Both the position numbers and the translations under genes were made by a program. A stretch of DNA of 64,000 nucleotides from Trichinella spiralis (taxonomy: Eukaryota): assembly GCF_000181795.1 (NCBI RefSeq), contig NW_003526945.1, positions 3,171,513-3,235,512 of the forward strand, given 5' to 3'. Of the stretch, positions 54,702 to 64,000 are shown in pieces; within the stretch, counting starts at the first letter, position 1; each line of letters starts with the position of its first letter. The notes under the pieces are model-generated. The model saw only the letters and a program-made list of their open reading frames with translations. It was not told the DNA's origin and ran no database searches.

Positions 54702-55306
54702 AAATGAACATTAATAAGAAGTCTACTTTCGTGTAGTTTTTTTTGTTTTTTTTTCTTCTTATTTTCATTTTGCCGTGTTGCATAGATTTTATTATTGGTG
54801 AGGTGTTTTTTGTTCTTTCAAATAGCAATTGCTTCCACGATATGTATACTTGCTGGTCAGGCAGAGGTGGTTCCATGAAAATGTGAAATTCAATTTCCAA
54901 TTGGCCAAATGTTTTTTTATTTTGAATTGTTTGTTTGGTTTTTGAAAATGCGATTTTGTTTCAGTTTGTTTGTTCAATTACTGGGATTTGTTCACCTTTG
55001 CACTGTCCGCATCTTTTGGCCTTATAGCGTTGGTCGAACGTATAATATACATATAATATAATATAGGTGTGTATGTGTTTGTGTTGTATCCACTTTTAGG
55101 TGAGGAGACAGACCGTTTTTTTTGCAGTTGTTGCGCCGAGTAAAAAAATTTTTCACAAATCGTGCAAATTTTGCATTTGTTCTGTGTGATAATTTATTTG
55201 GGATTTCGATTTCCCGTTTATTTATTTTATTTATTTATTAACTTGCATTATGTTTGCTTGTTTGCTAGCAGATTCTTTTTACAATCAATCACCGGTGGAC
55301 AAAAGC

Positions 55307-56456
55307 ATGCAACGCTCGGTGATTGCATCTCAATACGAAGAGCTGCTTGGCACTGAAAATACGCCACAAGTTTATCAAGTGCTGAACGAATTGACTCGCT
55401 GTTCGGCTGATTTTTTGTGCTCTGTCGAACAGGTTCAACAATAATAATTTTAATGAATTGTGAATAATTTTCAAGTATTTTTTTTTTATTAATTTTAGAA
55501 GGACAAATTTCGCAATTTGACAATTACGCGTGTATTGTGCTTGTCAGCGGGCAAATGTGCCGGTTTTGATGGATTTTCAGCGGCAATGTGTTTCGATCAG
55601 TTGGAACGAATGTGCAAAAATCTTCTACTTTACCACTGGCGACGTGAAGAATATCGTTTTATTCGAGTAAAAAGACAATAAAATTTGAAAAGGTGAGTTA
55701 ATTTTTTAACATCTGTGAATATTTCCCTTGCAGAAGTGCACGCCATTTTTCCACAACTTGCGCAACACGTTGTACGATTGTGAGGCGTTGTTCTATTTGA
55801 TGGGCTATCGTGGTTGTGAAGACGACAATGAAAATTGCCTGGAGTTGAAGGCGAAAATTCCGAGCCGGGATTTGATTGGTTTCGCTTTCGACTGCTTTTT
55901 GGCGAACATCGAATGCCAACTTTTGCAAACAATGTACAACTGGCTGGAAAAGAGGAAAATATCTCCCAAATGGATCGACCTGATGCAGTGTCGTTGCAGT
56001 ACCGTGGGCAGTGTTGAGCTGTGCTGTGATCGGATTTTCCACTCCAGACCCAGATCCAGTGCCGACTTGGTCGAGCAGGACAACTTGGATCGACTGATGG
56101 AAAATTTGACTCTGCCCACAAGCGTCGATACTGGTCAGCAGAAGAAGCAGTGTTGCTTTGAAGCCAACAGCAACAGTTCGACGAAGAAGCTTGTCCAACC
56201 GAACCCTAAGCCGAGCACCGTTCCTCTGCCCGTCTACAAGAGACATGCTGATGAACAGTTGGCGGCTGTTCGACATTGTTACCCTACCGCTGCTTGCTCG
56301 TCTTCGACTCAGAAACGGTATCCGGCCGTGGAAACGAAATTTCGCTCATCAAATTTTCCAAAATTGCACAACTGCTGTCCAAGATGTGGTAGTGGAATGG
56401 TGAAAAAAAAGCAGCACGCAAACATTTGTCCGTATTGTGATTTTTTATTTTCTTGA
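55307..56456 (+). CDS. SPATA2/tamozhennic-like PUB-domain protein with a C-terminal Cys4 motif
   Basis: FDQLERMCKNLLLYHWRREEYRFIR|KCTPFF...LFYLMGY...FAFDCFLANIEC matches my recollection of the SPATA2 PUB domain (NLFLYPWKKEFRSIK...MGY...FELFLAKVEC). The protein ends with CPRC...CPYC. Three exons; the start may lie further upstream. Confidence 0.8.
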
Positions 56457-56576
56457 TCAATTTGACATCAATAATTATGATCAAAAAATAATGATCATGA
56501 TGGGGATGATGATGATGATGATGATGATGGCGATGAGTAAATTCATCTTGCCCGATGCGTTGTTACAAGTGACTGA

Positions 56577-58316
56577 CTAGTAGGTGGGGAGCATCAGATC
56601 CCTCGATTCTATGCCAATCATGTCAGGTTCGCATTGGAAATTTTTATCATTTTTCGTGCATATTTCTTCGCAAGAAGGACAAATCAAAGTACCTCGGTGA
56701 ACTTGATACCGCCCGTCGTTGGAACGAAAGTGACGAGTGACGCGCAGAAGAGCACCAGCGTACCAGCAAATTTTGTACTCTGCCTGCGGAATGGTGTCCA
56801 TTTGATTGCTGGCCGCGTGCAGCATCAGCCGACCTTTGTAACACTTGTACCGGTAACATCCCGCTCCGAATTTGGTATCGTACGCGGTCGTTGAGAAGGA
56901 AAAGATGGAAAATCCCATGGAACGCAGTATCGCAAACGCGCTTATCTGTTCTACGCAAATGGTGTTCGGTCCTCTACTTTCGGCGCCGAAATTTAAATTT
57001 GGATTCGTATCACCGACGCTGTGGTGACAAATGCTATCTTCGAAATGGTTCTGCCACCATTTCCAATGTAACTCTTGCCAGACGGGGCAATGGTTGAACA
57101 GTTCCTCTCCGCCTGTAACGTGGACGCCGCTCACAATCTCACCATTTTCCAGCATGGCTGTCTTGTCTCGGAAATATCCGTATTTGTCGCTGATGGTTTT
57201 GTTGACTACAAAATTGCAGTAGATGTATCTCGTTCTATCCTTAGTGCAGCGTGCCAACTTTGTCGCTCCGAAGTTTTCACGAGTCACAAAATCTGCCCAA
57301 TTGCAATACGGATAGGCAGCGAGCGGTTCGTCTTTGACCGAATTCACGTATTCGCTGCAACTTTTTTGCGCAAAAATACACCCAGCTCCCTTGCCATATT
57401 CCAACTGTCCCACATTGGAATAGTTCACCATATACCACCCTGAATCTTCCATGAAAGCAGAAGTTAATGGGGAAAGCACGATTTCGTTACTTAGTTTTCC
57501 TGTCATTATTTCATTGCCGAAAAGTCGCTTCTTCCAGTGGGAACGTACAGTACCAGGACCTCCGTTGTCTTCCAACTGGGCCCCTTTCAGATCTGGGCAG
57601 TTGAAGTGCTCGCGGACGAATTTCAATACACGTGGAGTCGAGACGAAATGCGTCTGCTGAGTCACCGTGACATTGTCGTTCACTTTCCACGGTTGCTCGA
57701 TGCCGAACGAATCGTGTGCATTGTGAATCATTGTCGTAATCATGTGCATACTGAAGTCGTTGAATACCATAACGTGCAATATTTCGTGAATCACGGTGTT
57801 ACTTATTGAATAGACATTCCACGGCTTGGCTGCTGTAGAATTTCTGCAAATAGCCACGTATCCGAAAACAGGACGATTGATGAAGTTCAATTTTGGTGGA
57901 CAAGTTGCAGCAAACGCAAGCGTAAGATCCGGGTTAGAGCAAGAAGCAGTATGCTTCGAGTCGACGAAAAGTATCAAATCAGTGTGGAGAACACCCTTCT
58001 TCAGCCAGTCACTTTCAATTGGAAAATGTGTATAATTGAAACAATTATAACTGTGCAAGTCAATCGGAATCTTCAGTCGTCGCACACGGATGGTAGTTTT
58101 CAAAAAATTTAGAGTTTTATTAAACGCTTCCTCTAATACGGCCATTTGCTCGTCGTTATACGCAGCTTTGAATGCGTCTGAAACAACCATTCGTATTCTG
58201 ATCGGCTTGAACTGTCTTTCAATAAATAGAGACTCTTCCTTCTCGGTCCTGAAAGTGAAGTAGGAAGCGACTAGCAGAGAAAAATAGCCCAAGCACAAAA
58301 AAAGCACCGACCGCAT
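56577..58316 (-). CDS. Leishmanolysin-like (M8/invadolysin family) zinc metalloprotease, single exon, probably secreted
   Basis: Uninterrupted ORF from ATG 58316, starting with a signal-like MRSVLFLCLGYFSLLVAS. Motifs DLILFV, LAFAATC, RPVFG, HEILH, REHFNC..L.GAQLEDNGGPGTVRSHWKKR...NEIMTG, MEDSGWY, YGKGAGC.F, LICPSCEEIC. Confidence 0.93.
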   Translation of the reverse strand: MRSVLFLCLGYFSLLVASYFTFRTEKEESLFIERQFKPIRIRMVVSDAFKAAYNDEQMAVLEEAFNKTLNFLKTTIRVRRLKIPIDLHSYNCFNYTHFPIESDWLKKGVLHTDLILFVDSKHTASCSNPDLTLAFAATCPPKLNFINRPVFGYVAICRNSTAAKPWNVYSISNTVIHEILHVMVFNDFSMHMITTMIHNAHDSFGIEQPWKVNDNVTVTQQTHFVSTPRVLKFVREHFNCPDLKGAQLEDNGGPGTVRSHWKKRLFGNEIMTGKLSNEIVLSPLTSAFMEDSGWYMVNYSNVGQLEYGKGAGCIFAQKSCSEYVNSVKDEPLAAYPYCNWADFVTRENFGATKLARCTKDRTRYIYCNFVVNKTISDKYGYFRDKTAMLENGEIVSGVHVTGGEELFNHCPVWQELHWKWWQNHFEDSICHHSVGDTNPNLNFGAESRGPNTICVEQISAFAILRSMGFSIFSFSTTAYDTKFGAGCYRYKCYKGRLMLHAASNQMDTIPQAEYKICWYAGALLRVTRHFRSNDGRYQVHRGTLICPSCEEICTKNDKNFQCEPDMIGIESRDLMLPTY

Positions 58317-58985
58317 TGTTCTGGCAAAAAATTCCAACCAACTTACTCCAACAAGCGAACGATCATTTTTTTAAATGAGCTAAAATTTTGAAATTTTAAA
58401 CCACAATTGTTTAAAGTCATACTGTATTCTAGAATAATTTTAAAGTGATTTTTGAATGAAAAGAATTTTAAAACCTTGTTATCGTTTACTGTACATGATA
58501 AGTATACTGTAACTCACTTAAATTTAAAAGTGACAACGGTTGACAACGATGATGATGATGAATGATTTGTCAATAATTTTACAGTTTTACAACTGAACAC
58601 AACTCGCCAAAATGCAAATGTCGTCGTTTTGTTTCCCTCATTCTCTTTTCTACTTTCAGTCAAATATCAACGAAGCAATAAAAATTTTGTTTTTTTTTAC
58701 TTTTCAAACTATAGAAAGAATTCAAATGTGTACGAATTGCCTTGTGAAAGCTGTCGCAAAACGTCATGAAATTTTCATCTATGAAATGCTAAATAAATGA
58801 ATATGTATATATATGTGGGTGTGTACATATAAAATTGGGGCATACATAAAAGGGGATAAAAATTTGCAAGAATATAAATAATTGTCAAAATTACAATAAA
58901 AGGTAGAACTGAAAAAAGCTGTGCATTAAACAAAACCCGAAATTCGCAACGTTATTCAACCAATTGCAAAAGAAAAATATCTTTT

Positions 58986-64000
<5,015 letters not shown>

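Overview
AT-rich, intron-dense eukaryotic genomic DNA with many introns of about 50-70 nt and abundant (CAA)n/(TAT)n microsatellites. It is animal, most likely a basal (clade I, Trichinella-like) nematode; this is inferred from gene content and sequence style, not proven. Thirteen protein-coding genes could be spliced by hand. In order: survivin/BIR (-), ppGalNAc-transferase (+), MEK1/2 (+), C1orf87-like EF-hand-like protein (+), PLPPR-type pseudophosphatase (+), vigilin (-), CPEB1/Orb/CPB-3 (+), MRPL9 (-), a divergent RPN5/PSMD12 (+), Cav beta subunit (+), SPATA2/tamozhennic-like (+), an intronless leishmanolysin/invadolysin M8 protease (-), and the 3' part of a CED-1/Draper/MEGF10-like receptor (-). 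A decayed LTR-retrotransposon gag-like remnant sits at the left end. No tRNA, rRNA or CRISPR was found, and no clearly new multi-gene system is evident. The best leads are an RPN5 with an ~86-aa acidic, Sem1/DSS1-reminiscent tail and an apparent GT-AT intron; relaxed splice signals (three GAG acceptors, many AAG, one GC donor); a canonical DSGxxS degron and Q/N-rich tracts in CPEB; a perfect 22-bp CpG palindrome in a vigilin intron that shares a 12-mer with the CPEB upstream region; and the intronless secreted M8 protease. Family calls come from recognising motifs by eye, not from database searches.
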